The notes: generated from the letters alone by a model not told the origin. 64,000 bases of DNA from Nitrospirota bacterium (GCA_963749655.1 CAVVOB010000028.1:64001-128000), one strand, 5' to 3'. Positions 1 through 9,979 are shown, numbered from the stretch's first letter. Made by a program: numbers and translations.

Positions 1-101
1 GACCGGCATCAGAAGAAGTGTCATGGAACGGGGAATGAGCACAGCTTGATTACGGGACCGAGTGCGCCTCCTGATAAGAAGGATTACCCTCGCCCAGGGA
101 C

Positions 102-129
102 AAAAAAAGTCCCGGGTATTCCCGGGACT
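102..129 (-). terminator. Intrinsic terminator after the ferritin-like gene/tup operon
   Basis: Hairpin AGTCCCGGG-tatt-CCCGGGACT followed by a T7 run on the minus strand. Confidence 0.75.
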
Positions 130-204
130 GATTCCGTAGTATCGATTAGTAAAATCAATGTGCGGGCTCTCGATCGTCTTAAGAACCGGAAAAACGGGAT
201 AACG

Positions 205-681
205 TCAATTCCCCATGCCGCGCCTGAAAGCATCGAGCCACATGATGTGGCTTTTCTCCTCGTTGATGACCTCGTCGACGATCTCCTTCTCCCTCACGAT
301 GGACCGGAGCTCCATGAAGTAAAGCAGCGTCTCCTTCTCGAACCCGAGCGCAAATTTGACGGCATCGTTCACGGTCCTCACATGGTCCATGGACGGAAGG
401 GCCTTGGCCCTGCCGAGGAAGAACTCCGATTCGACAAAGGCCCTCATGTAGTTGCTCACTTCTTCCCACTGCACCGGCTCCGTCCCCTTCTTCGCGACCA
501 GGTCCTTCAACCCCATAAAGGTCTTCTCGTGCGATTTTTCCTTGGTGGCCAGCGTGGTGAATAGCTTCACCAGCCCGTTGTCCTTCTTGAATTTATCGGC
601 CATGCCCGTATAAAACTTGTACCCCAGTGTTTCGGTCTGAACCGCCATCTCCAGGACTTCGTCGATCGAATACTTGTTCAT
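205..681 (-). CDS. Rubrerythrin/ferritin-like diiron protein
   Basis: E..E / ExxH motif pairs (TETLGYKFY, KEKSHE, FEKETLLYF, EEKSH); start reassigned to ATG at 681 with GAGGGAG RBS. Confidence 0.85.
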   Translation of the reverse strand: MNKYSIDEVLEMAVQTETLGYKFYTGMADKFKKDNGLVKLFTTLATKEKSHEKTFMGLKDLVAKKGTEPVQWEEVSNYMRAFVESEFFLGRAKALPSMDHVRTVNDAVKFALGFEKETLLYFMELRSIVREKEIVDEVINEEKSHIMWLDAFRRGMGN

Positions 682-777
682 GCTCGTCTCCCTCGTGAAT
701 AGAAGTGAATGGTCTGCGTGACCTGCCGCGCTCTGCATTAAGTACTAGGGAAAGCATAGCGCGTTCCCGGGGGAGTG

Positions 778-1446
778 TCAACCTGATGCAGGCGGCCGGG
801 GTTCCTCGACGATCATGCCCTGTTTCATGAGCAGAAGCCGGTCGGCGAGCCGCATTGCCTGGTCGCGGTCATGGGTGGTCATGACGACCGTTGTGCGGCC
901 TTCCTTCTTCATGGCGAGAATGATCGATTCGATGATCCCGGTGTTCTCCTCGTCCACCGATGCCGTGGGTTCATCGAGAAAGAGGATCTCGGGGCGGATG
1001 ACGAGCGCCCGGGCGATGCCGAGCCGCTGCGCCTCGCCGCTCGAAAGGGTCCGGGCGGACTGGTTCTTCCTGTGCTCCAGGCCGACGAAGGCCAGAGCTT
1101 CGGCGACCCGCTGTTCGAGCTCTCTTTTCTGAACGCCACGGATTCCGAGCCCGTAGGCGACGTTCTGGAACGCCGTCGTATTGAAGACTCCCGTACGGGG
1201 CAAGACGAGCGTGATCCGCCGCATGAGCGTCAGGTCCTGTTCCAGGGCCGCGCCGTTGTCGGCAAAGACCAGCTCGCCGGCGTCGGGCTTTTCGAGCAGC
1301 GCGCAGATCCTGAGAAAGGTCGACTTGCCGCAGCCGTTCGATCCCATGAGCACGGACGTCCCCTGGTCATCGAACGAGACGGTGCAGTCCTGGAGGATGG
1401 TCCTCCCGCCGTAGTTCTTTTTTATGCGGGATGCGGTAAGCTTCAT
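778..1446 (-). CDS. tupC: Tungstate-type ABC transporter ATP-binding subunit
   Basis: Walker A GSNGCGKST, LSSGEAQR signature, LDEPT; ATGA overlap with the permease. Confidence 0.8.
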   Translation of the reverse strand: MKLTASRIKKNYGGRTILQDCTVSFDDQGTSVLMGSNGCGKSTFLRICALLEKPDAGELVFADNGAALEQDLTLMRRITLVLPRTGVFNTTAFQNVAYGLGIRGVQKRELEQRVAEALAFVGLEHRKNQSARTLSSGEAQRLGIARALVIRPEILFLDEPTASVDEENTGIIESIILAMKKEGRTTVVMTTHDRDQAMRLADRLLLMKQGMIVEEPRPPASG

Positions 1447-2147
1447 GCGCTGTGCACCGAACCTTTATTCTGAACTCCGTGAAGCAGGGCATTGACGAAG
1501 AACGAGATTGCCAGGAGGATGATGCCCAGGGCCAGGGCGAGCTCGAAATTGCCCTTGTCGGTCTCGAGTGCGATGGTCGTGGTCATGACACGCGTGTAGC
1601 CCGCGATGTTTCCGCCCACGATCAGGATGGAGCCCACCTCGGCCATGACCCTGCCGAAGGCCGCGATGATCGCGGACAGGATGCCGTAGCGCGCCTCCCT
1701 GAGGACCGTTATGGTCACCTGCCCGGGCGTTGCTCCCAGCGTCCGGGCGGCCTGGCGGATGACGGGGTCCACCCCCATGACGGCGGAGTGGCAGAGCGAG
1801 GCGACGATCGGCAGGGCGAGGATGGTTTGGGCAATGATCATTGCCGAAGGCGAATACAGCAGTCCCAGGAATCCCAGCGGTCCCCTGCGCGACAGAAAGA
1901 GATAGACGAACAAGCCGACGACGACGGGAGGGAGCCCCATGAACGTGTTCGTGACGCTTATGGCGAAGTCCCGGCCGGGAAATTGCTTAAGGCCGAGCAG
2001 CGCTCCCAGAGGAAGCCCCAAAACGGTCGCCAGCGCCAACGCGAGGCCGGACACTTTCAAAGACAGGAGGATAATGCCGAACAACTCGGCGTTGAGATGA
2101 AAGATCAGAGTAAAAGCCTGGAAGAAACCCTGGGATATTGAATCCAT
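1443..2147 (-). CDS. tupB: Tungstate ABC transporter permease
   Basis: FMGLPPVVVGL, SRRGPLG, GRVMAEVG..IVGGNI..TRVMTT motifs typical of TupB. Confidence 0.9.
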   Translation of the reverse strand: MDSISQGFFQAFTLIFHLNAELFGIILLSLKVSGLALALATVLGLPLGALLGLKQFPGRDFAISVTNTFMGLPPVVVGLFVYLFLSRRGPLGFLGLLYSPSAMIIAQTILALPIVASLCHSAVMGVDPVIRQAARTLGATPGQVTITVLREARYGILSAIIAAFGRVMAEVGSILIVGGNIAGYTRVMTTTIALETDKGNFELALALGIILLAISFFVNALLHGVQNKGSVHSA

Positions 2148-2234
2148 AGATAAAAGACGGACCGGCGCGGGGAGGTATACTGGGGGTATCGACTCGCTTA
2201 TGCCGCGACGGTCCGTGCTTCTGCTGCATCCTTT

Positions 2235-3044
2235 TTATTTTGCGTTCGGGATAAAGAGCGGATTTCCGTTCTTGTCCTTGTACGCGGCTACCGCGTCCTG
2301 GCCCTCTTTCGAAATGATCCAGTTCACGAATTCCATGGCTTCTTTATATTTCACGTTCTTGGCTTTATCCGGGTTCACGGCCATGACCCCGTACTGGTTG
2401 AAAAGCGCGGGATCGCCTTCCAGCACGATGACCATATCCAGCTTGTCCTTGTCCTTTGTGGCGAGCCAGGTGCCGCGGTCCGACAGGGTGTAGGCCCGTT
2501 TCTCGTCTGCGACGCGCTGGGTCTTTTCCATGCCCTGGCCGACTTCAAGATACCATTTCCGGCCTGCCGGTTCAATCCCTGCCTTTTTCCAGAGCGAAAG
2601 CTCCTTGGTATTGGTGCCCGACTTGTCCCCGCGGGACACGAAGGACGAGCCTGATTCGGAAATCTTCTTGAAGGCATCGGCAGCCGAAGTCATTCCTTTG
2701 ATCTTCGCCGGATCGTTCGTCGGGCCGATGATTACGAAGTCGTTGTACATGACGTCGTGACGGTTTACGAAATAGCCTTCTTCGACCGCCTTCAGCTCCT
2801 GCTCCTTGGCATGGACGAAGACCACGTCCGCGTCGCCGCGCTTGCCGATCTCGATCGATGCGCCCGTGCCCACAGCAACGACGTCGATCTTGATGCCCGT
2901 CTTTTTCTCGAAGAGCGGGAGCAGATAATCGAACAACCCGGAGTTCTGCGTGCTCGTGGTGGACGCCATCTTGATGCGTGTCTCGGCAAAGGCCATGGTG
3001 CTGATAAGAATCAGTGTCAGTGCAGCAGTCGCTACTTTTCTCAT
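2235..3044 (-). CDS. tupA: Tungstate-binding periplasmic protein (copy 1, canonical)
   Basis: Signal peptide; STTSTQNSGL, GTG, MYNDF, SRGDKSGT, SDRGT, NQYGV..VNP. Confidence 0.9.
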   Translation of the reverse strand: MRKVATAALTLILISTMAFAETRIKMASTTSTQNSGLFDYLLPLFEKKTGIKIDVVAVGTGASIEIGKRGDADVVFVHAKEQELKAVEEGYFVNRHDVMYNDFVIIGPTNDPAKIKGMTSAADAFKKISESGSSFVSRGDKSGTNTKELSLWKKAGIEPAGRKWYLEVGQGMEKTQRVADEKRAYTLSDRGTWLATKDKDKLDMVIVLEGDPALFNQYGVMAVNPDKAKNVKYKEAMEFVNWIISKEGQDAVAAYKDKNGNPLFIPNAK

Positions 3045-3134
3045 CGTATCTCCTCCAAAGAAATCATTTCGTGCTTTTATTTTGTGTCTTCTCTGCGCTC
3101 TCTGCGTCCTCTGCGGTGAGATGTTTTTGTCGTT

Positions 3135-3987
3135 CTACAGTGTTTTCCCTTCCGACGAATTGGGGAAGAACAGCGGCTCCCCGTACTTGTCCTTTCCAAA
3201 TTCGCGGATGATGGTCTGCGCTTCTTTGCCCTGCAGCCACTCGACGAACTGCATGGCCTCGGCATGGCGGACCTGCGGGAATTTCGCCGGGTTGACCGGG
3301 ATCAGGGTTATGTAGTTGAGCAGAACGCCATCCCCATCAACCAGGACCTGCAAAGTGATCTTCGGCTTCATGGTAATATAGGTGGCGCGGTCCATGATGA
3401 GATAGGCCTGTTTTTCGTTTGCATACGCGAGGGTGGGCGCGTTCCCTTTCGACCCCTGTTCAAAAACAGCGTACCAGGCGCCCTGGGGTTCGACGCCGGC
3501 CTTTTTCCAGACATCCAGCTCCTTTACGTGGGTGCCCGATTTGTCTCCGCGCGTGACGAAAAGGGCCTTTGCGTCGGCGATCTTGCGAAGCGCCGCAGCC
3601 GCATCTTTCATGCCCTTGATCTTTGCCGGGTCGGACGGCGGCCCAAGGATCACGAAATCGTTGTACATCAGATCGTACCGTTTCGTGCCGAATCCGTCGG
3701 CAACGAACTTTTCCTCAAGCGCCTTTGCATGAACAAGCACGAGGTCGTACTTTCCCGTCTCGGACATCTTCAAGGCCTGGCCAGTGCCTGCGCCCGTGTG
3801 CTCGACCGCGATGCCGGTCTTTTTCGTAAAGGCCTCCTCCAGCGCGCCGACAATGCCTGCATCTATCGGGCCGATGGTGCTGGCCAGCATGATCTTTCTG
3901 GGCTGATGTTGTTTCTGCGGCCAGGGCCAGGGGACCCGACAAGAGAATCAGAAGCACGGCAAGCGACGACAGCAAACGGCTCTGCAT
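3135..3987 (-). CDS. TupA-family binding protein (copy 2, STIGPIDAG variant), one frameshift near 3910
   Basis: Signal peptide MQSRLLSSLAVLL.. lies in a different frame from the TupA body (GTG, MYNDF, TRGDKSGT); removing one base rejoins them. Confidence 0.8.
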
Positions 3988-4002
3988 TAAGACACCTCCT
4001 GT

Positions 4003-4794
4003 TTAATTTTTTCGCCGCTCCGCGGACGCGGCGAACTGAACTGCATCGGGATTGAAAAGACGAGTGCCCTGTTTCGAGTATTTCGCTATGATGCCCTGCC
4101 CCTCGGGCGAGGTCGCAAAAGCGATGAAATCCATTGCTTCACGGTACCGAACGTTTGGAAAACGGTCGGGGTTGACGGCGATCACACTGTAAAGATTCTT
4201 CAGCGCCGGGTCGCCCTGAAGAAGGATCTTCAGATCGAGCTGCTTCTCGTAGTTCAGGAACGTTCCGATGTCCGTCAATGTGTAGGCTTTCTTCTGGTCC
4301 GCAATAAGAAGGGTATCGCCCATTTTCCCGCCGGTCTCAAAGTACCATCCCTTGCCTTTCGGACTGATGCCCGCATCATCCCACAGGTCCAGCTCCCTGA
4401 TGTTCGTGCCCGAGTCGTCTCCCCGGGAAACGAAGGGAGAGCCCGTTTCCGCGACGAGTTCAAGAGCTTCTGCCGCCGTTTTCACGGTTTTTACCCGCGC
4501 CGGGTCCTTTGCAGGGCCGGCAATGACGAAGGCATTATGCATGACCGCACGGCGGTTCACGCCGTAGCCTTCGGCAACGAACTTTTCCTCCCGGAAAGGA
4601 TCATGCACAAAAAGCAGATCGGCCTCGCCTTTTTTTGCAATGCGCAGGGCCTTGCCCGTTCCTACGGCGATCACTTCGACGGACACGTCGTACTTCGTCG
4701 ATTTTTCGTAAGCGGGAATAAGGATGTCGAAGAGACCGGAGTTCTGGGTGCTGGTGGTAGAGGCGATGACGAGCTTGACGGCTTTTTTCTTCAT
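4003..4794 (-). CDS. TupA-family binding protein (copy 3) without a signal peptide
   Basis: STTSTQNSGL begins about 11 residues after Met; SRGDDSGT; GAGGT RBS; in-frame stop 30 nt upstream. Confidence 0.85.
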   Translation of the reverse strand: MKKKAVKLVIASTTSTQNSGLFDILIPAYEKSTKYDVSVEVIAVGTGKALRIAKKGEADLLFVHDPFREEKFVAEGYGVNRRAVMHNAFVIAGPAKDPARVKTVKTAAEALELVAETGSPFVSRGDDSGTNIRELDLWDDAGISPKGKGWYFETGGKMGDTLLIADQKKAYTLTDIGTFLNYEKQLDLKILLQGDPALKNLYSVIAVNPDRFPNVRYREAMDFIAFATSPEGQGIIAKYSKQGTRLFNPDAVQFAASAERRKN

Positions 4795-4823
4795 GGTGTT
4801 AACCTCAATGGAAGGACTACCTT

Positions 4824-4889
4824 ATTGTAGGAGCAGCACCGGATAAAGTAAAATGCAAAAAAGTCATGGCCTTTATGTATTTTTTGCAT
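4824..4889 (-). promoter_or_regulatory. sigma70 promoter of the tup operon with two LysR-type boxes
   Basis: TTTACT-17-TACAAT (4852-4824); ATG-N9-CAT (T-N11-A) boxes at 4853-4867 and 4875-4889, 22 bp apart, adjoining the -35. Confidence 0.65.
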
Positions 4890-5035
4890 GCAGCAAGGAC
4901 GTGCAGTTGGTTGGAGAGAATTTGCGGGGGGCATGCCTCCCCCAAGGCAGCAGCCTCATCCCTCGCTGCCTCGGTTGGTTGCCCCTGGTGAAAAGCGAAC
5001 GCGCCCGCTGAGCCGGATTCTTCGGCAAAGCAGGA

Positions 5036-6007
5036 CTAAAAGTACTGCGCAATATACTTTATCGCAAGAAACATGATCGCAGAACCCACAAAGACCTTAA
5101 TGAACTTCTGCGGCACATATTTCTGCGTCTTTGCGCCCAGGTACATGCCGATAAAGCCGCCTATGCCGAAAAGGAATCCCAGAGGCCAGTCAGGCATAGG
5201 CGATATGCCGTTCGTAGCGGGCAGAACGCTGAAGAACAGCGCACCGGCGATCGACGTGATGAACGTTCCCATGAGCGTCGCTCCGGCGATTGTATAGACA
5301 GGCAAATGAAAGAAAGCCACGCAGAACGGTGCGATGATCGCGCCTCCGCCGATGCCGTAGGCCCCGCCGATGATGCCGACGATGAACGCCAGGCTGAACA
5401 TGCCGATGGTGTTGAAGCTGAACCGCTCGCCCCAGAACTCGTATTCCACTCTTTTCATCGAAACGCTGATGGTCTTCACAACTGCGTCAGCAGGAATCCC
5501 TGCGGCCACCTTTGAGTTTTGTTCTTTTTTTATTTCCGTTGTCCGTGCCTTGAACTTTTCCTCCAGAGATTTAGCGGCCGCAGACTGCGCTTTGTTCGGG
5601 AACAGCAGCTCCTTGAACAGCCGGATGCCGATGTACAGCAGCACGCAGCCGACAAAGAGCTTGAACGTCTTGGGATCAGGCAGGTACAGGACGCGGAGAT
5701 AATACCCGATAAACACACCCGGCAGGGTCCCGGCTATGACCACCCAGGTAAGCGGCCATGCCATGCGGCCTTCTTTGATATACCGGTAGACGCCGCTCGG
5801 GATGGCGACGATGTTGAAGACATGGTTCGTCCCGCTGACTGACGGGGCTGTGTAATTGAGAACGCTCATTTGGAACGGGAGAAGAAGGAATGCTCCGGAA
5901 ATGCCGCCCATGGAGGTGAAGAATGAAATGACTAACGAGATCAACGGCGGAAGAAGGACGCTGGTGGTCACCCCGGAAATGCCAAAGGTCACATGCAGAA
6001 TGTCCAT
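5036..6007 (-). CDS. TauE/SafE (TSUP) family oxyanion/sulfite permease
   Basis: TSMGGISGAFLLLP and GAYGIGGGAIIAP repeats, multiple TM helices; start 6007 (or 6013) with GGGAGG RBS. Confidence 0.85.
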   Translation of the reverse strand: MDILHVTFGISGVTTSVLLPPLISLVISFFTSMGGISGAFLLLPFQMSVLNYTAPSVSGTNHVFNIVAIPSGVYRYIKEGRMAWPLTWVVIAGTLPGVFIGYYLRVLYLPDPKTFKLFVGCVLLYIGIRLFKELLFPNKAQSAAAKSLEEKFKARTTEIKKEQNSKVAAGIPADAVVKTISVSMKRVEYEFWGERFSFNTIGMFSLAFIVGIIGGAYGIGGGAIIAPFCVAFFHLPVYTIAGATLMGTFITSIAGALFFSVLPATNGISPMPDWPLGFLFGIGGFIGMYLGAKTQKYVPQKFIKVFVGSAIMFLAIKYIAQYF

Positions 6008-6285
6008 TTGCATCCCTCCCAGAGGAACAGCTGTTGGAGACCCTTCTTTAAACCGCTTTCGATTATAGTCGTGCAAAACCTCCAAGTCAACAAATGTCTG
6101 GCGGTGAGCACTATGCATCCGCGAGGAGTTTTGACCGAGGCTTCAAACGCAGTCCCTTTTCCCGCTGCGGAGGTTTATTCTGCGGATGAACAGCAATGAA
6201 TCATAAATGAAGCGGGAGGATAAAAGCAAATTCCTCCTTGTCATGAGGGGAATCCATTTCCTGCATGGCCAGGCGATGGAATTCA

Positions 6286-6314
6286 TTGACAAAGCGGGGA
6301 CACGCCATTACAAT
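6286..6314 (+). promoter_or_regulatory. sigma70 promoter of lysR
   Basis: TTGACA-17-TACAAT; an ATG-N9-CAT box lies at 6243-6257. Confidence 0.7.
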
Positions 6315-6335
6315 GAGCGCTGAAGAACAAATGCC

Positions 6336-7238
6336 ATGGAAGACCACCGTCTGAAATCGTACTGTCTCGTTGTCGAGACCAAAAGTTTTTCCCGGGCCGC
6401 GCAGGCGCGGCACATGACCCAGTCCGCCATGAGCCGCCTGGTGAAGAGCCTCGAGGACGAGCTGGGCGTCACGCTCCTCCATAGAAAGGGCAAGACGGTC
6501 GCGCCCACGCCCGAAGGCAGGCTCTTCTATGAGCACGCGAAAAAAATCCTTGAAGACTACCTGCGGTTGGAACAGGACATCAGTGCGGCAACGCGCGCGG
6601 CAAAAGGCGCCCTTCGCCTGGGCGCAAGCAGAACACCGGCCGTGCATCTTCTGCCCCGGGTCGTCTATGAGTTTTCCAAAGCGCATCCCGGCATCAGCAT
6701 TCACCTGTCGGTAAGCAAGACCTCGCGAGTTTTTTTGGATCTCCGCGAGGGTAGAATCGATATGGGGATTGTCGAGGGAACCATCATTGATAAGACTTTT
6801 TCCGCTGATGCCATAGCCGAGGACGAAATTGTCATCATCGCCTCTGAGAACAATCCTCTGACGAAAAAAAAGGACATTCCTTTTCGGGAGCTGACTGCCG
6901 AGCCGTTCATTCTTCCCGACCGCGGTTCAGGAACACGGGAGCTGCTGGATGATTATTTTCGGGAATCGGGGATCGACGTGAGAACCATCAAGGTCCGCAT
7001 GACTCTCGGCAGCCCTGAAATGATCGTTCAGATGGTCCAGGCCGGGATGGGCATCGCATTCGCTTCGAAGTGGTCGGTGTTTACGGCAGTCAAAGAAGGC
7101 ACGGTGAAGGTCCTGAAAGTGCCGGGCAAAAAAATCGCTCGGAAATTCTACCTCGTCAGCGCTCCCGGCGAGCTCACAACGCCGGCCGGAACGTTCCGGG
7201 AGTTTATCAAGCAGTACAATTTTTTTGCGCCCTTTTAA
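6336..7238 (+). CDS. LysR-family regulator (CysL-like)
   Basis: N-terminal HTH SFSRAA..MTQSAMS..LEDELG; CysL-like effector domain (GSGTR, DMGIVEG). Confidence 0.9.
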   Translation: MEDHRLKSYCLVVETKSFSRAAQARHMTQSAMSRLVKSLEDELGVTLLHRKGKTVAPTPEGRLFYEHAKKILEDYLRLEQDISAATRAAKGALRLGASRTPAVHLLPRVVYEFSKAHPGISIHLSVSKTSRVFLDLREGRIDMGIVEGTIIDKTFSADAIAEDEIVIIASENNPLTKKKDIPFRELTAEPFILPDRGSGTRELLDDYFRESGIDVRTIKVRMTLGSPEMIVQMVQAGMGIAFASKWSVFTAVKEGTVKVLKVPGKKIARKFYLVSAPGELTTPAGTFREFIKQYNFFAPF

Positions 7239-7404
7239 TGAGCACCGCTGTTCCTGCCGGGCGCCCCTGCTTACGCCGGAGGAACAACGCGGCATGAGCA
7301 CCTGTCTGCCGGCCCGGGCGGTCCGCACCTCTTCCCGTTATTTCGCATTTCGCCATCCGAAATCCGCAATGCTGAAAAATGCCCTTTAAAACTGCCTTTC
7401 GCTG

Positions 7405-7433
7405 TTGACAAGCGTGATACGATTTGTTACAGT
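7405..7433 (+). promoter_or_regulatory. sigma70 promoter of the phosphofructokinase gene
   Basis: TTGACA-17-TACAGT. Confidence 0.65.
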
Positions 7434-7499
7434 TGCGCGGTACGCGGTATCGAAACACCGCGAAAAGAATCAGTACGGCAATCATTTCAGGAGGCGGTT

Positions 7500-8735
7500 A
7501 TGGCGGGTAAACTTGCAGTAGTGGTCGGCGGCGGGCCGGCGCCGGGCATCAACGGCGTTATCAGCGCGGTGACTTTTGAGGCATTAAAGCACGGCGTCGA
7601 CGTCATCGGCGTGCACGACGGCTTCAAGTGGCTGTCGAAGGGCGATACGAGCCATACAACGAATCTCGGCAACGGCGAGATCTCCCGGATCCATATGCGG
7701 GGAGGGTCCATCATCGGAACGTCGCGCGAGAACCCCACCAAGAGCCCTGAGAAGATGGCGAATGTGATCAAGGCCCTGACCGGGCTCGGCGTCAAATATC
7801 TCGTAACGATCGGCGGCGACGACACGGCCTACACCTCGACGCGCGTGGAGCAGGAAGCGCACGGCGCGATCGCCGTCTGCCACGTGCCTAAGACGATCGA
7901 TAACGATCTTCCGCTGCCGCACGGCGTGCCCACCTTCGGCTTCGAGACGGCGGTCTCTCTCGGCTCCCAGCTCGTGGAAAACCTGATGGAGGATGCGCGC
8001 ACCGCCGCCCGGTGGTACTTCGTGATCGCCATGGGCCGCTCGGCCGGCCATCTTGCCCTCGGCATAGGCATGGGCGCCGGCGCAACGCTCACGCTGATCC
8101 CCGAAGAGCTCGGGAACAAGATCTCGCTGAACAAGGTCCTGTCCATTCTGGAAGGCGCGATCATCAAGCGCCTCTCCTACGGCAGAGGCTATGGCGTGGC
8201 GGTCATCGCCGAGGGCGTGGCCACCCGGTTCGATCCCGAGGAGCTGACCTTTTTGAAGGACGTCCCCCGCGACGACCACGGAAATATCCGCCTTGCCGAG
8301 ATCCCGATCGGCGACATGCTGAAGCAGCGGGTCGCCGCCGGTCTCGAGTCCATCGGTGTCAAAACCACGATCATCGCCAAGGACATCGGCTATGAGCTCC
8401 GCTGCCATCCGCCCATCTCCTACGACCGCGAATACACGCGCTATCTGGGCTACAGCGCCGTCAAGTTCCTCGTCGGCGGAGGGTCCGGCGCCATGATCAT
8501 GCTCAAGGACGGCGTCTGCCACCCGATCAAGTTCGCCGACCTGCTCGATCCCAAGACAGGCAAAACGAGGATCCGGACCATCGACATAAATGCCGATGAC
8601 TACCATATGGCGCGGCGATACATGATCCGTCTGGAGAAGGAAGACATGGAAGGCGAGTCGCTCAAAAAACTCGCATCAGCGGCGAAAATGTCGCCCGAGG
8701 ACTTCAAGAAGAGGTACTCGGTCGCGGTCGGGTGA
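7500..8735 (+). CDS. pfp: Pyrophosphate-dependent phosphofructokinase
   Basis: GGGPAPGIN, GGDDT (Asp indicates PPi specificity), PKTIDND, MGR, GYELR. Confidence 0.9.
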   Translation: MAGKLAVVVGGGPAPGINGVISAVTFEALKHGVDVIGVHDGFKWLSKGDTSHTTNLGNGEISRIHMRGGSIIGTSRENPTKSPEKMANVIKALTGLGVKYLVTIGGDDTAYTSTRVEQEAHGAIAVCHVPKTIDNDLPLPHGVPTFGFETAVSLGSQLVENLMEDARTAARWYFVIAMGRSAGHLALGIGMGAGATLTLIPEELGNKISLNKVLSILEGAIIKRLSYGRGYGVAVIAEGVATRFDPEELTFLKDVPRDDHGNIRLAEIPIGDMLKQRVAAGLESIGVKTTIIAKDIGYELRCHPPISYDREYTRYLGYSAVKFLVGGGSGAMIMLKDGVCHPIKFADLLDPKTGKTRIRTIDINADDYHMARRYMIRLEKEDMEGESLKKLASAAKMSPEDFKKRYSVAVG

Positions 8736-8799
8736 GTTCATTGCAGCTTTGATCGGCGGCGGGTTTAATCAAGAATCAAATTCGTCTCAAAACACATTT

Positions 8800-8897
8800 A
8801 CCGCAAAGTCGCGAGGGACGCGAGGAAACCGGAATACTGCATTCATTATTCTGTAAGGAAATCTTTTCCTCCCTGGCGGCCTTTGCGCCTTCGCGGT
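8800..8897. repeat. 9-bp-periodic inverted repeat (CGCAGAG-type family)
   Basis: ACCGCAAAGTCGCGAGGGACGCGAGG ... CTTTGCGCCTTCGCGGT arms around an AT-rich spacer. Confidence 0.6.
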
Positions 8898-8938
8898 TCG
8901 ATCTTTACGATTCGTGCCTGGCCGGATCAGGATGAAAT

Positions 8939-8978
8939 AAAAAAAGCGGGGAGCTTCATGCTCCTCGCCTTTGTTTTG
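8939..8978. terminator. Bidirectional terminator between convergent genes
   Basis: A-run, GCGGGGAGC/GCTCCTCGC stem, T-rich tail. Confidence 0.65.
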
Positions 8979-9002
8979 ACTCCGTTCCCGCGATGGCGGG
9001 CG

Positions 9003-9284
9003 TTACAGGGGAATGCGCTTCTCGCGTGCCGTGTTCCTGATGATGATCGCGGCATTGTGCAGGCGCTGCAGCTTCATATTTCTCGTGCGCACGGCCGCGA
9101 TGTCGGAGAGCTCGATCTTTGCATTGCGCGTCGCGGTAAGCGCCTTATTCAGATTGTCGAAAAGGTCCTTGATCATTTCCTTGTCGAACCTCTTCAGGAA
9201 CAGGGGGTTCACCGTGATGTAGCCTTCGGCGACGTCGAAGGCCACCGACTTCATGCTTTTTCCTTTAAAACCGCTCTCCGCCAT
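9003..9284 (-). CDS. Small basic hypothetical protein
   Basis: 93-aa ORF with GGAG RBS, 8 bp after the upstream stop. Confidence 0.7.
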   Translation of the reverse strand: MAESGFKGKSMKSVAFDVAEGYITVNPLFLKRFDKEMIKDLFDNLNKALTATRNAKIELSDIAAVRTRNMKLQRLHNAAIIIRNTAREKRIPL

Positions 9285-9292
9285 GACCGCTC

Positions 9293-9850
9293 CTATATAT
9301 TCCCGCAGGTTTTAATGATGGCCTTGTCCAGCTGGTCCTGTTTCTTGCGCAGGGCGGCAATGTGCTTCGCCAGTTCCTCCAGGCCTGCGCCGCGCGCCAT
9401 TGCTTCCTGAATAGCCTTGATGTCGCCGGAGAGGTCGTCCCGTGCCTCCCGGATCAGCACATGGCCGTCCCGGACCTGATCAGCGAGCGTCGTAATCGAA
9501 TTCGCCAGTTCCTTAAGCAGCGGATCGTCGGACTCGCGCAGCCGAAGGTTCAGATTCGTCTCTCCCTCGGCCAGCTGTTCGAGGGCGCGGCGAATGCGGA
9601 TCATGGGACCGACAAAGGCATGGGAATAGATCGTGCCGGCAATGCCGACGAAGAGGAGAAGGGTCGTGAGCGCGATAGGCAGAAAAACGAAAAGCGGCAG
9701 AAAAACACTGAGTTTTTGGAACACCAGCAGCAGCAGGGAAAAGAATACGAGGACGATGAGCAGGAACAGGATGAAGCGGAACTGCAGCCCGACCTCATTC
9801 AGATACCCTTTGCCCCTGCCTACGATGTGCCTCTTCCCCGTGGTTGGCAT
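9293..9850 (-). CDS. Membrane protein with two TM helices, HAMP domain and coiled coil
   Basis: SHAFVGPMIRIRRALEQLAEGETNLNLRLRESD HAMP-like segment after two hydrophobic helices. Confidence 0.75.
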   Translation of the reverse strand: MPTTGKRHIVGRGKGYLNEVGLQFRFILFLLIVLVFFSLLLLVFQKLSVFLPLFVFLPIALTTLLLFVGIAGTIYSHAFVGPMIRIRRALEQLAEGETNLNLRLRESDDPLLKELANSITTLADQVRDGHVLIREARDDLSGDIKAIQEAMARGAGLEELAKHIAALRKKQDQLDKAIIKTCGNI

Positions 9851-9979
9851 GTGGTTTTCCCCGATCGTGAAGCAGCGTCCGGTGCGGTGCGCATAACCTG
9901 CGGCCCGCGCCGGTGCGAATTATAAGGATTATACTGATAATTTTTCACACGGTCAAGGTCATAATTCCCCCTTTTGCCC

